Virus record (IMG/VR): IMGVR_UViG_3300025102_000024
Location: 1-61,894 of that record
Length of the DNA: 61,894 nucleotides
DNA from: a virus
Lineage: Duplodnaviria; Caudoviricetes
Strand: one strand, 5' to 3'
This document shows, piece by piece, positions 28,619 through 37,300 of this stretch. Numbering within the stretch: position 1 is the first letter of the stretch; each line of letters starts with the position of its first letter. Both the position numbers and the translations under genes were made by a program. The notes beneath the pieces were generated by a model. The model worked only from the letters and a program-made list of their open reading frames with translations, ran no database searches and had not been told where the DNA came from.

Positions 28619-28719
28619 CCTAATAATCCTGCAGATCCTGCTGTAATTCCCACAGTCAGGAAGAATAAAAATTCAAATACAGGCATAAATCCTGCGTTCT
28701 TTAGTAAAAATTGAGTCAT
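28615..28719 (-). CDS. 34-aa single-TM microprotein
   Basis: MTQFLLKNAGFMPVFEFLFFLTVGITAGSAGLLG; GAGGAG upstream. Confidence 0.7.
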   Translation of the reverse strand: MTQFLLKNAGFMPVFEFLFFLTVGITAGSAGLLG

Positions 28720-28748
28720 TTGTGCTTGTGCTCCTCAGCTATTATTGT

Positions 28749-28823
28749 TTAAGAAAATACGAACGGTAGTCCGTTGATTGCAGTGAATGATACTGCACAT
28801 GCGAATAAAATTTGGTAAATCAT
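28749..28823 (-). CDS. 24-aa hydrophobic microprotein
   Basis: MIYQILFACAVSFTAINGLPFVFS; AAGGAG RBS in the end of the upstream ORF. Confidence 0.6.
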   Translation of the reverse strand: MIYQILFACAVSFTAINGLPFVFS

Positions 28824-28825
28824 TT

Positions 28826-28987
28826 TTATGCTCCTTGGTATACTGGTGACATTACTCCACCTTCGGGATCGTCATCGTCATCATCATCTACTCTTAAAAA
28901 CAACTCCAACCCTACAAGGAATGCTAATGGATAAAAACACCATAGTATTGCCATGAAGGGTGAGATGTTTGTTGCTTCAGCGATCAT
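28826..28987 (-). CDS. 53-aa membrane microprotein with poly-Asp tract
   Basis: MIAEATNISPFMAILWCFYPLAFLVGLELFLRVDDDDDDDPEGGVMSPVYQGA; ATGA overlap. Confidence 0.75.
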   Translation of the reverse strand: MIAEATNISPFMAILWCFYPLAFLVGLELFLRVDDDDDDDPEGGVMSPVYQGA

Positions 28988-29082
28988 ACGAATACGTTAG
29001 TAGTTGTACTTGCAATTACTGCTATCATAAAAATATAAGGTACAACTTTAAATGGTACTGGTTGTCTCTTCACTGAGTTCAT
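28984..29082 (-). CDS. 32-aa single-TM microprotein
   Basis: MNSVKRQPVPFKVVPYIFMIAVIASTTTNVFV; TAATG and ATGA overlaps. Confidence 0.7.
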   Translation of the reverse strand: MNSVKRQPVPFKVVPYIFMIAVIASTTTNVFV

Positions 29083-29195
29083 TATACGATACCTGGTATA
29101 AGTTGACCTGTTGCTAAGTAGATGCCACCGAATAGAACGAATGCGAACATTGCTGGTCTACCGATTGCTCTCTCGAAGATATCTTTGTTGTTCAT
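29082..29195 (-). CDS. hli: Divergent high-light-inducible protein (37 aa)
   Basis: MNNKDIFERAIGRPAMFAFVLFGGIYLATGQLIPGIV; TGQLIPG tail; ExxNGR changed to ERAIGR. Confidence 0.75.
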   Translation of the reverse strand: MNNKDIFERAIGRPAMFAFVLFGGIYLATGQLIPGIV

Positions 29196-29338
29196 TAGAC
29201 GAAACCTGGAATGATTTGTCCTGTTGTTAGGTAAGCACCTAATCCTGCGATGATGCCAAGCATTGCGAATCTGCCATTAAGCTTCTCTGCAAAAAACTTT
29301 TCCTTTTCAATTGTTCTTGTTTCTGTTTTATTTGTCAT
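29195..29338 (-). CDS. hli: High-light-inducible protein (47 aa; start moved to 29338)
   Basis: AEKLNGRFAMLG...TGQIIPG; TAATG coupling. Confidence 0.93.
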   Translation of the reverse strand: MTNKTETRTIEKEKFFAEKLNGRFAMLGIIAGLGAYLTTGQIIPGFV

Positions 29339-29445
29339 TAGAATATACCTGGAATAAGGTTTCCTGTTGTTGCGTATGCACCGACTGCTGCTACGAAACC
29401 AAGCATTGCTGCCCAACCGTTAAATCTTTCTGCTTCTGGAGTCAT
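29338..29445 (-). CDS. hli: High-light-inducible protein (35 aa, not in ORF track)
   Basis: MTPEAERFNGWAAMLGFVAAVGAYATTGNLIPGIF; alternative in-frame ATG at 29490. Confidence 0.93.
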   Translation of the reverse strand: MTPEAERFNGWAAMLGFVAAVGAYATTGNLIPGIF

Positions 29446-29491
29446 GAGTTTGTACCTTTTATTAATTGTGAATTGTGAATTGATCTTCATT

Positions 29492-29617
29492 TTAGAAGAA
29501 TCCTGGTGCTATCCATCCGAATAGACCATAGTTGATTGTGCCGATTACTAAACCAAGCATTGCAAGACGACCATTGATCTTCTCAGCATATTTCCAATAG
29601 GAATGATTTTTATCCAT
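29492..29617 (-). CDS. hli: High-light-inducible protein (41 aa; start moved to 29617)
   Basis: AEKINGRLAMLG; TAATG coupling. Confidence 0.9.
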   Translation of the reverse strand: MDKNHSYWKYAEKINGRLAMLGLVIGTINYGLFGWIAPGFF

Positions 29618-29814
29618 TAGAATATACCTGGAATGATTTGACCTGTGGTTGCATATGCACCTAATAATGCAACGAAACCAATCATAGCCCAACGACCATT
29701 AACTTTCTCTGCATTTTGTGGATATCCTTCATAGGATACAGACTCATCAATATATGGACGAGTTTCAGTTGGAAAGGCATTTTGTCTTCCACCACTTTCA
29801 GTTGTAACAGTCAT
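29617..29814 (-). CDS. hli: High-light-inducible protein (65 aa)
   Basis: AEKVNGRWAMIG...TGQIIPGIF. Confidence 0.95.
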   Translation of the reverse strand: MTVTTESGGRQNAFPTETRPYIDESVSYEGYPQNAEKVNGRWAMIGFVALLGAYATTGQIIPGIF

Positions 29815-29820
29815 TTAAGT

Positions 29821-29870
29821 TTTATTAATTTATGTAACAATATTATATATAAAATATTAAATTTTGTCAA
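29821..29870 (-). promoter_or_regulatory. Sigma70 promoter of the hli operon with downstream HLR1-like repeat
   Basis: TTGACA(29865-70)-17-TATAAT(29842-47); GTTACATA-N2-TTAATAAA at 29821-29838. Confidence 0.75.
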
Positions 29871-29901
29871 ATATCTTAACATACGGATATCCGTATACAT
29901 T

Positions 29902-29927
29902 AAAAAAGAGGGTCTAAACCCCCTTTT
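29902..29927 (-). terminator. Intrinsic terminator of the glycan operon
   Basis: AAAAGGGGGT-TTAG-ACCCTCTTTTTT. Confidence 0.7.
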
Positions 29928-30717
29928 ATTGTTGATTCTGTATCGGTTCTGTCACACGACCCAGATAAGGATCGAAATTCATTAGTTTGTCTATCGGAAC
30001 ATCTACACCTGATTGCAACCACCAATTTGTCAAAGCATTATAACTTGCCTTGTGTATCGCATCTACATGCTCTGGGTGTATTGAAGAACCCAGTTGCACT
30101 TTGTATAGAAATATAGGAATTGCATATGTATTACCTGAGTTGTATATCAAATCATCTGCAACTGCTCTCGGTTTCACACCATTATCAAGTTTATACTTAT
30201 CATCTCTACAGTGAAGTCTTATAAGTTTCTCTGCGTGATGACGATTAATAATATAGCAAGCAGTTGAAAAATCATTTACAAATCTACGATGTAATGTAAC
30301 ATGTAGTCCTCCAGTACAGATGATTGCTAGTTGTATTACATCCCAATCATATGGAATTTGCGATATAAAATTGCTCCAAGTAAAATTCCAGCACTTGACA
30401 ATTTCCAAATCAATATCATCTTCCATGATGATCGCATAAGGAGTATCAGATGTTTCATACCAATGTTTAATAGCTTTTAAATGTGATGTAGTACAACCAA
30501 CCTCACCAGATGTCATCTGTTCTGGGTATCTACCTTTTAATATATCACCTAGATCATCATTACGACCATCATATGCAGACACTCTCTCATAGTTTTCAAT
30601 CTCCCAATACTTAAAGAGATTCTCCATATATTCTTTTCTTTCTGGTTGTCCATCAAGGTTGATATAATATATCGGACCAATATTCTTTAACTTGTGAACT
30701 GATTTATTTTTATCCAT
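29926..30717 (-). CDS. Glycosyltransferase family 25
   Basis: YYINL...ER, SAYDG, GEVGC..SH, I.EDD. Confidence 0.88.
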   Translation of the reverse strand: MDKNKSVHKLKNIGPIYYINLDGQPERKEYMENLFKYWEIENYERVSAYDGRNDDLGDILKGRYPEQMTSGEVGCTTSHLKAIKHWYETSDTPYAIIMEDDIDLEIVKCWNFTWSNFISQIPYDWDVIQLAIICTGGLHVTLHRRFVNDFSTACYIINRHHAEKLIRLHCRDDKYKLDNGVKPRAVADDLIYNSGNTYAIPIFLYKVQLGSSIHPEHVDAIHKASYNALTNWWLQSGVDVPIDKLMNFDPYLGRVTEPIQNQQ

Positions 30718-31502
30718 TAGACTGTGTATACTGCTCCGTGCTGATAGGTAAACCCTTGAACTGGTTGAATGTGCTTTGATGGCATGAATAGATTGACACC
30801 TAAAAACTTAATTGGTGCATCTCCCCATCTCTTAGTGTATATACCACCATTCTCGTCAATCATATTATAGAATGCCATATACTCACTTGTCAAGAACCAA
30901 TCAACTTTTCCTAACTCCCAGTTTGTATAATACATCCAACGATCAGGTATGTTGTTTGGATATTTTTCATTCACTAAATCCCATAGACCCTCTACAACCT
31001 TCTCATTATCCTGTTGAACAGCAGGAGCTACATACCCATACCAACATTCATTTTCCTTTGCCCACTTGAATATATCGTATCCTAGAGGGGTCTGAATGAA
31101 TGAGTCTGTATCTAAACGAATGTAGTATTCATATTGCTGAACAATTGGAAATTTATAAACTTCACCAGAAAACATTCGACACATATGACGGTATCCCATT
31201 GAGAAACCAGGATGACCCCACTCAATAGGACCATTACCGTGTGTAGGATGTGGATAGAACTCTGGTATATTATCTGCAATCTCTTTTGAATAGTCAGGTG
31301 TTTTAAATTCTATAATTTTATATTTTAAGTCTAAATTTGTTTTGACTTTTGGCATGTATTCTATGAATGATTCTTCAATGAATACTAATACATCTGTACT
31401 ATCAGTATACTTAAGGAGATTTTCTTCTAGTAATGATAGAGACTTATTAAATTCTTCAATGTCTTTATCAGATGATCTGACGAGGTAGATAATACAATTC
31501 AT
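30717..31502 (-). CDS. GT15 (Kre2/Mnt1-like) alpha-1,2-mannosyltransferase (start moved to 31502)
   Basis: GYRHMCRMFSG, YY.RLD.D, Y.NWE, GGIY..RWGDAP. Confidence 0.85.
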   Translation of the reverse strand: MNCIIYLVRSSDKDIEEFNKSLSLLEENLLKYTDSTDVLVFIEESFIEYMPKVKTNLDLKYKIIEFKTPDYSKEIADNIPEFYPHPTHGNGPIEWGHPGFSMGYRHMCRMFSGEVYKFPIVQQYEYYIRLDTDSFIQTPLGYDIFKWAKENECWYGYVAPAVQQDNEKVVEGLWDLVNEKYPNNIPDRWMYYTNWELGKVDWFLTSEYMAFYNMIDENGGIYTKRWGDAPIKFLGVNLFMPSKHIQPVQGFTYQHGAVYTV

Positions 31503-32863
31503 ATCATTTGCCATTCTTTATAGGGTATCATGTTTGGACTATGGGTTTGTATAAAAGACTTTGGATAGAATACTTTATTGTTTGGTTGATTCTTATCTAA
31601 GAAAGCAGACCAGAAACTAAAAGTAGATACATGCAAAATGTGATACTCACATTCTACCATCTTTTTAAGAGAAAGGAAAGCATCATCTTCTATGATAGCA
31701 AAAGCATTTGGAAATGTCTCATCAAACCATTTTATTTTTTCTTTTGCCTTTTCATTGTCATCAGAGAATATGAATACTAATACATTCTCAGGTATTCGTT
31801 TGAAGCACTCAATATAAAAAGAGTCATCAACATATCCATTTACATGATCATCAGCAGCACGAGTGCAGAATCGAAGATGTAAGGATGCAGTGTTTGGTAC
31901 AGAAAGATCTGTCACAGATAATTGGTCTCTTACATAATCAAGCTCATCACAATCACTAAATCGAAACATATCATTGATAACAAACTTTGTATCATATGTT
32001 GTTTCTAAATTTCCTTTCCAATTTAAATTAGGAAATGTAGATTCGATCTTCTCATGACTACCATCATGTCCACCTAGTAAACGATCTGAATTATATGATG
32101 AGGGATATTTGCCTCCTCCATTCCACAAATCCCAAGTTCCAAAGAATGGTTTTGATATATCATGTTTCTTACAAAAAGAAATTACCTCTGCCATCTGAAA
32201 CAAATTATTTCCTAGACCACCATGTAATGTAGCACTCACATCATATGATGCAATGTTAACAGGCATATAAGAATCATCACCGACATTTAAATTTACCTTT
32301 GATAGTATATCAGTACTATATTCTTTATCTTCAAAAAATTTAATTGAATCTACCATAATAAAATTATTAGGATATTTCTTCTTCATACTATCAGCTATCT
32401 GATAATATTCATTGTAGTAATTTTCGATTGATACAAATGATGTACAGTCACTATGATTAGGAAATTGATCAACTGCATATCGGTTATGACCAATACCAAG
32501 TGTTCTATCTTTTACATTACAAGGATTACGATAACCCCAAGATATAAACAATGACCATAGAGTATTGAATTTATTCCCCTTCATACATAAAAACTTCATC
32601 TGTGGATGAAGTTCTATAAATTCTGGTATGTATTTTAAATATGAATGAGTAATATTAGTTGTAGTATCAATAAGTGAAACTCTTCTAAGTCTCTCCTCTT
32701 TTGAAAGACTTTCTGAATTCCAAATTAAACAATCATCATTCCAATTTTCAAAACTATTTTGATACTTCCTACCCCCATCTTTATATTTGACAGGTATATG
32801 ATTTTTCAATATCTGATGCATTCTTAAAAATCCACATGCACCTGTACCAATTACATGAAACAT
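31499..32863 (-). CDS. Fusion: sulfotransferase-like N-domain plus GT11 domain (start moved to 32863)
   Basis: N-terminal VIGTGACG; GGLGNNLFQ, LHLR, IFSDD, STFSFW. Confidence 0.7.
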   Translation of the reverse strand: MFHVIGTGACGFLRMHQILKNHIPVKYKDGGRKYQNSFENWNDDCLIWNSESLSKEERLRRVSLIDTTTNITHSYLKYIPEFIELHPQMKFLCMKGNKFNTLWSLFISWGYRNPCNVKDRTLGIGHNRYAVDQFPNHSDCTSFVSIENYYNEYYQIADSMKKKYPNNFIMVDSIKFFEDKEYSTDILSKVNLNVGDDSYMPVNIASYDVSATLHGGLGNNLFQMAEVISFCKKHDISKPFFGTWDLWNGGGKYPSSYNSDRLLGGHDGSHEKIESTFPNLNWKGNLETTYDTKFVINDMFRFSDCDELDYVRDQLSVTDLSVPNTASLHLRFCTRAADDHVNGYVDDSFYIECFKRIPENVLVFIFSDDNEKAKEKIKWFDETFPNAFAIIEDDAFLSLKKMVECEYHILHVSTFSFWSAFLDKNQPNNKVFYPKSFIQTHSPNMIPYKEWQMI

Positions 32864-33486
32864 TAATATAAAACTCCACCTGATAATAATACTCCTCTTT
32901 GTTGCCAAGGTTTGGAGCACACATCAAATTTAGATTTGAAATCATCTCGAATTAAATAAACATTTCCAGATTGTTTGCCAACATATCCAGACATGCCAAT
33001 AAAATCATATCCGATTTCATCTGCAAAATTAATTAATTCTATAATACCAGACTCTAAACCATTTGGTTCAATGATTATTACTATTGGTCTGTATTTACCT
33101 AGACTTCTTGCTACATTAATATCATCACCATCAACATCAATAGATGCTAATACAAAATTATCATTTGATACTTCAAACTTAGATTTGTCAATTATATCTT
33201 CAAGAGTATTATCTATAGAGACTAGTTCATTAAAACACGCAATATTATTATATTGATCTTGCATTGATAAATTTAATCTAGAAGTAGCTTCAACTAAGAT
33301 AGCATTATAGTTATCATTTTTTGACCATAGATTAGCACAATTACTTGATAAAAATCCATCCCATGCTCCAATTTCAAGCACAGTTCCACCTGTAATATTC
33401 AAGTGGTCGAATATTGCTTGATTAATACTATCCTCACCATTCTCAGAATACACATCTTGTGAATGATTATATAGTAAATCAATCAT
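32863..33486 (-). CDS. FkbM-like SAM methyltransferase
   Basis: YSENGED, LEIGAWDG..SN, SIDVDGDD. Confidence 0.75.
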   Translation of the reverse strand: MIDLLYNHSQDVYSENGEDSINQAIFDHLNITGGTVLEIGAWDGFLSSNCANLWSKNDNYNAILVEATSRLNLSMQDQYNNIACFNELVSIDNTLEDIIDKSKFEVSNDNFVLASIDVDGDDINVARSLGKYRPIVIIIEPNGLESGIIELINFADEIGYDFIGMSGYVGKQSGNVYLIRDDFKSKFDVCSKPWQQRGVLLSGGVLY

Positions 33487-34294
33487 ATTTGAGTCCTCTT
33501 AACTCATACTCCCAACGAACATCCATATTCATTCTAGGTTTACCATCCTCTTCAATAATTTGTCCTACAAAAATACCATGTTCCATAGGTTCATGTGAAG
33601 GGAAAGGACGACTATCTTGATTGGGTGGATATATTTCTTTGAGTTGTTTATACACACCTTCTTTTACATAGTATTCTAATCCAACACTATAGGCACTTTT
33701 ATAATGCACATGATCACCAAGTTGATATGTTGGTTTTCCTACTATCTCTGAGTGTCTCCAATGATCATGACAAACATGATCTTCTTTAATAAGTGGCCAG
33801 AGAACATCATTTAATATAGTTTGATCTGCTGTCCTGATATTTGCATTAACATTTTCTAAATCAAGTCTTCCATATTTTGAATGAAAAACTTTATTGTTTA
33901 TACCAAACATACCTGCCATGATTGTATAACCATGATTATGACAATCTCTCAAGAGATGTGCAGATTTATTTGATACAATCCATTCATCTACAGCATTCTT
34001 TTCTCTATAACTTAATCTACTATCAGTATCTCTACTAATCCAATATTCAACATCAGGTTCATTGAGTGGTCTAAATCTCCAATTCAAACCATCATAAGAA
34101 TTTTTTCTTTCACAATGAACAACCTCTGATCCATGTTCCTCTATTGCATCAAGATACATTGACGGTACATCTTGAGCAACATAGAATCGTGCAGTCCACT
34201 CAGGATAAATTTCTTTTGCAATTCTTGCATTCTCTACAGCACCCACACAATATAGTGGATTGTCACCGAAGAGACTAAATGTTATCAGTCGCAT
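33479..34294 (-). CDS. Putative glycosyltransferase (start moved to 34294)
   Basis: ITFSLFG...Y..GA.EN, WRF, SRDTDSR (DxD), DQ..L. Confidence 0.65.
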   Translation of the reverse strand: MRLITFSLFGDNPLYCVGAVENARIAKEIYPEWTARFYVAQDVPSMYLDAIEEHGSEVVHCERKNSYDGLNWRFRPLNEPDVEYWISRDTDSRLSYREKNAVDEWIVSNKSAHLLRDCHNHGYTIMAGMFGINNKVFHSKYGRLDLENVNANIRTADQTILNDVLWPLIKEDHVCHDHWRHSEIVGKPTYQLGDHVHYKSAYSVGLEYYVKEGVYKQLKEIYPPNQDSRPFPSHEPMEHGIFVGQIIEEDGKPRMNMDVRWEYELRGLKYD

Positions 34295-34871
34295 ACCAAG
34301 ATCCATAATAACAATCAGCACCATGAAAACCAGGTTCTGATCCACCTTTAAATATTTTACCAAAATCACCTAAAACATCAGTGAATGTTTCGGGTGTAAT
34401 ATAATGCGGATGTGCTGTATCTGTCACACTACCAATACTCTCAAAAACTCTAACTACTTTTGATGTTTTCTTTGCCAATTCTAATTGTTTCTTTGGATCT
34501 AAAACATGCTGTACAACATTGAAGAACCAAGTCTCATCAACCTTCTCATCTATATCTAAATGTTCATAAGGTGCTGCAATTATTTCAACTCCTATGTCTT
34601 CATAATCTTTTCTAATATTAGGTGGCCAACGATCTATCAGAGGTTCAATTAATATGCCTCTTTTAAAGTTTCCTTTTGTCATATGAATAGAACCTCTTGG
34701 TCCTCCACCAACTTCAACAATGACTTTATCTTTAAAATCTTTTAGGTAATCTATACCTAGATATTTTCCTATAACAGTTGAACCGACATTATATGCCTCT
34801 GGTCTTAAATCTTGATGGTGTCCGAACTCTTCAGTTTGAGCGGTCTCCCACCTGTCCATTGTAATTTCCAT
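34275..34871 (-). CDS. Class I SAM-dependent methyltransferase
   Basis: VEVGGGP, IEPL, FNVVQHV.DP. Confidence 0.8.
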   Translation of the reverse strand: MEITMDRWETAQTEEFGHHQDLRPEAYNVGSTVIGKYLGIDYLKDFKDKVIVEVGGGPRGSIHMTKGNFKRGILIEPLIDRWPPNIRKDYEDIGVEIIAAPYEHLDIDEKVDETWFFNVVQHVLDPKKQLELAKKTSKVVRVFESIGSVTDTAHPHYITPETFTDVLGDFGKIFKGGSEPGFHGADCYYGSWYATDNI

Positions 34872-35683
34872 TAAATTAACTCTCTGTGTTCAATCAATCT
34901 ACGAGTATTTATGAGGTCTTTATGACGTTCATAAAATAGTTTTGTATTCTTATGGTGTGCTTTAAACAACCAAGGTGCAGGTTGACCTGTAACCCTTGTG
35001 CCACCCCATGAATTATCACTTTCATAATCAATTAAATATGCACCAACAACTTTACCAAGTTCTTTAAATGCACGATAACACAAATCATGGTCATCCATAT
35101 CTTGGGGTGAAAATGCCTCATCAAAATAATTTAATTTCTTGAGGTCTTCATGGTCTATCATAAGAGGACCACGATTTACAGAACATCTAACTGCAAAAAT
35201 ATCTTTTGGAATTATCTGCTGTTTATTAGCGTGATCAACATGATCTAGTATATCACACCAACAATCATCTAAATTATTTTTCATACCGATGTGTCTACTA
35301 CTCTCATTAAACACCCAGTTATGTGCGGTGTTTGCAGTCACAGCAAAGACATCATCAAATGCTTTAAATGGTTTCTCCATTCTAACATTCCAATCCTTTT
35401 CTGTCACTATCATATCATCTTGTATGATAATAATTTTATCACCTTTTGCTGCTTTTATACCAATGTTATTTGCTTTGGTTTCAAATACATCAGGTGCATG
35501 CAGTAGTTTCCAATCTACGGGTGTGCTTAATAAAGTGTCCCAAACAACTTGCTCAGAGTTATCAGAACAACCATCTAAAACAATAATCAATTCATAAGGA
35601 GTTCTAGTATTATAATAAATTCCCTCAAGCACTTTTTCAAGTAACCAATCTTTATTATGAACTGTTAAAATAATACTATGCAT
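34871..35683 (-). CDS. Glycosyltransferase family 2
   Basis: SIILTVHN, DGCSDNS, N.G, QDD, DD.DL. Confidence 0.88.
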   Translation of the reverse strand: MHSIILTVHNKDWLLEKVLEGIYYNTRTPYELIIVLDGCSDNSEQVVWDTLLSTPVDWKLLHAPDVFETKANNIGIKAAKGDKIIIIQDDMIVTEKDWNVRMEKPFKAFDDVFAVTANTAHNWVFNESSRHIGMKNNLDDCWCDILDHVDHANKQQIIPKDIFAVRCSVNRGPLMIDHEDLKKLNYFDEAFSPQDMDDHDLCYRAFKELGKVVGAYLIDYESDNSWGGTRVTGQPAPWLFKAHHKNTKLFYERHKDLINTRRLIEHRELI

Positions 35684-36410
35684 TTTTTATCTGAATTAAA
35701 AATTTATCAATCTCTCTACCGTATCCAGCAGATCCTCTTTCATACCAATAATCATAATCACATTCTATATAATTTCTGTAGTCTTGTCCACCCACTGTTA
35801 AACCATCACGGACTGCAATATTTGTTAGAATACTTTGGTCGTTACGATGTTCAACAAAGGACGATAGTTCTTCACCTAAAGTGCTTGGTGCATTATTTAC
35901 AATATCTAAATCAAGACAGAAGTTCAACCAATCCTCAACTCCTTTGATAGATTTTTCACAACACTTCCATATCATAAACCCTGCTTCAAGTTGACTTACA
36001 TCGTGATAATCTTCTTCATCACAATTCATCTTGATAAAACAATCTCTCTTTGTATAATTACCATTGATATTATTACTCAATAACAATAATGAAGCATCGT
36101 TTTCATCTAGAGTCTCTTCAATATAACTTACTAAGCCTGGTGAAAACATATCACCACAATCACAATATATTAGATAGTCTCCTTCATTGATAGATTTAAG
36201 AGTTTCAAGAATATAATATGGTTTCCATACCCACCAACCTGCACCTTTTGATTGGTCTAAAATCTTTTGATTATCCTTATAGAAATCAGTAGTTTCTAAC
36301 TGCTTTCGAGAGTAAGGATGATGTGTAAATCCTTCTTTGTGAGTTTGATGTAAAAATTTTTGTTGTTCTGCAAAGTTTTCGTCTGCGTATGATAGTAAAT
36401 GCCAATTCAT
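35676..36410 (-). CDS. Putative glycosyltransferase
   Basis: GWWVWKP, Y.D.G, HRNDQS motifs; operon context. Confidence 0.6.
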   Translation of the reverse strand: MNWHLLSYADENFAEQQKFLHQTHKEGFTHHPYSRKQLETTDFYKDNQKILDQSKGAGWWVWKPYYILETLKSINEGDYLIYCDCGDMFSPGLVSYIEETLDENDASLLLLSNNINGNYTKRDCFIKMNCDEEDYHDVSQLEAGFMIWKCCEKSIKGVEDWLNFCLDLDIVNNAPSTLGEELSSFVEHRNDQSILTNIAVRDGLTVGGQDYRNYIECDYDYWYERGSAGYGREIDKFLIQIKNA

Positions 36411-37300
36411 AATGTCTCCTTAATCCAATCGTCTAATTTTATTTGTGGTTTCCATTTAAAGGTTTTGTAAATTTTGTCTATGTTAGCAAGTGTAATTCTT
36501 GCTTCACCCTTTCTACTTGGTATGTTCACCTGATTATCTGAAATCAAATCTGCTATTTCATTTACAGAATAATTTATACCCGTGCCGACATTGTATATTT
36601 GCCCGTATGCTTCATCATCAGGATTTGATATTGCTGCCATTATATTTGCATTAACAACATCTTTGACATGAACAAAATCTCTTCTTTGTTCCCCATCACC
36701 TACAATTGTAAGGGACTCACCTGCATCTCTTTGCCTTTCAAAGATTCCTATAACTGGTGCATATTGACCCCTCTTTGGTGCTCTCTCACCATAGACATTA
36801 AAGTATCTAAAAATAATAGTTTGTAATCCAAAAAGGTTGGTGTACATTTCACATAATTTTTCACCTGCAATCTTTGATACTGAATATGGATTTAAGCAAT
36901 CATCAGGTTGAGTTTCTACATTTGGAAATGGATTATTACCATATCCAGATGAAGTTGAAGAATATAAAAACTTCTTAACTCCAGTTTCTCTTGCAATCTG
37001 TAAAAGAGTACAAGTTCCTTTTACATTAATATCAACTGCATTGATTGGATTTTCAGTTGCTGTTCCAATCCTAGATTCTGCAGCACAATGAAAGACATAA
37101 TCAACATTTGTGAATGCATTTTTCATAAATTTATAATCAGTTATATCTCCTCTTACATTCATTGCCTTATCATTCCAATAGAACTGATCATTATCAGCAT
37201 ATTCATTATCAATTGCAACTACTTCATGTCCAAGATTAAGTAATCCATCAACCATATGAGATCCTATAAAACCAGCTGCACCTGTAACTAAACTAATCAT
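36407..37300 (-). CDS. NAD-dependent nucleotide-sugar epimerase/dehydratase
   Basis: TGAAGFIG, YSVSK (YxxxK), RYFNVYG, RDFVHV.D. Confidence 0.92.
   Translation of the reverse strand: MISLVTGAAGFIGSHMVDGLLNLGHEVVAIDNEYADNDQFYWNDKAMNVRGDITDYKFMKNAFTNVDYVFHCAAESRIGTATENPINAVDINVKGTCTLLQIARETGVKKFLYSSTSSGYGNNPFPNVETQPDDCLNPYSVSKIAGEKLCEMYTNLFGLQTIIFRYFNVYGERAPKRGQYAPVIGIFERQRDAGESLTIVGDGEQRRDFVHVKDVVNANIMAAISNPDDEAYGQIYNVGTGINYSVNEIADLISDNQVNIPSRKGEARITLANIDKIYKTFKWKPQIKLDDWIKETL

Noticed and set aside
29339-29692. N-terminal extensions of hli ORFs 29195..29416 and 29492..29692
   Set aside because: They are off-frame readings of neighbouring hli genes; TAATG junctions define the true starts
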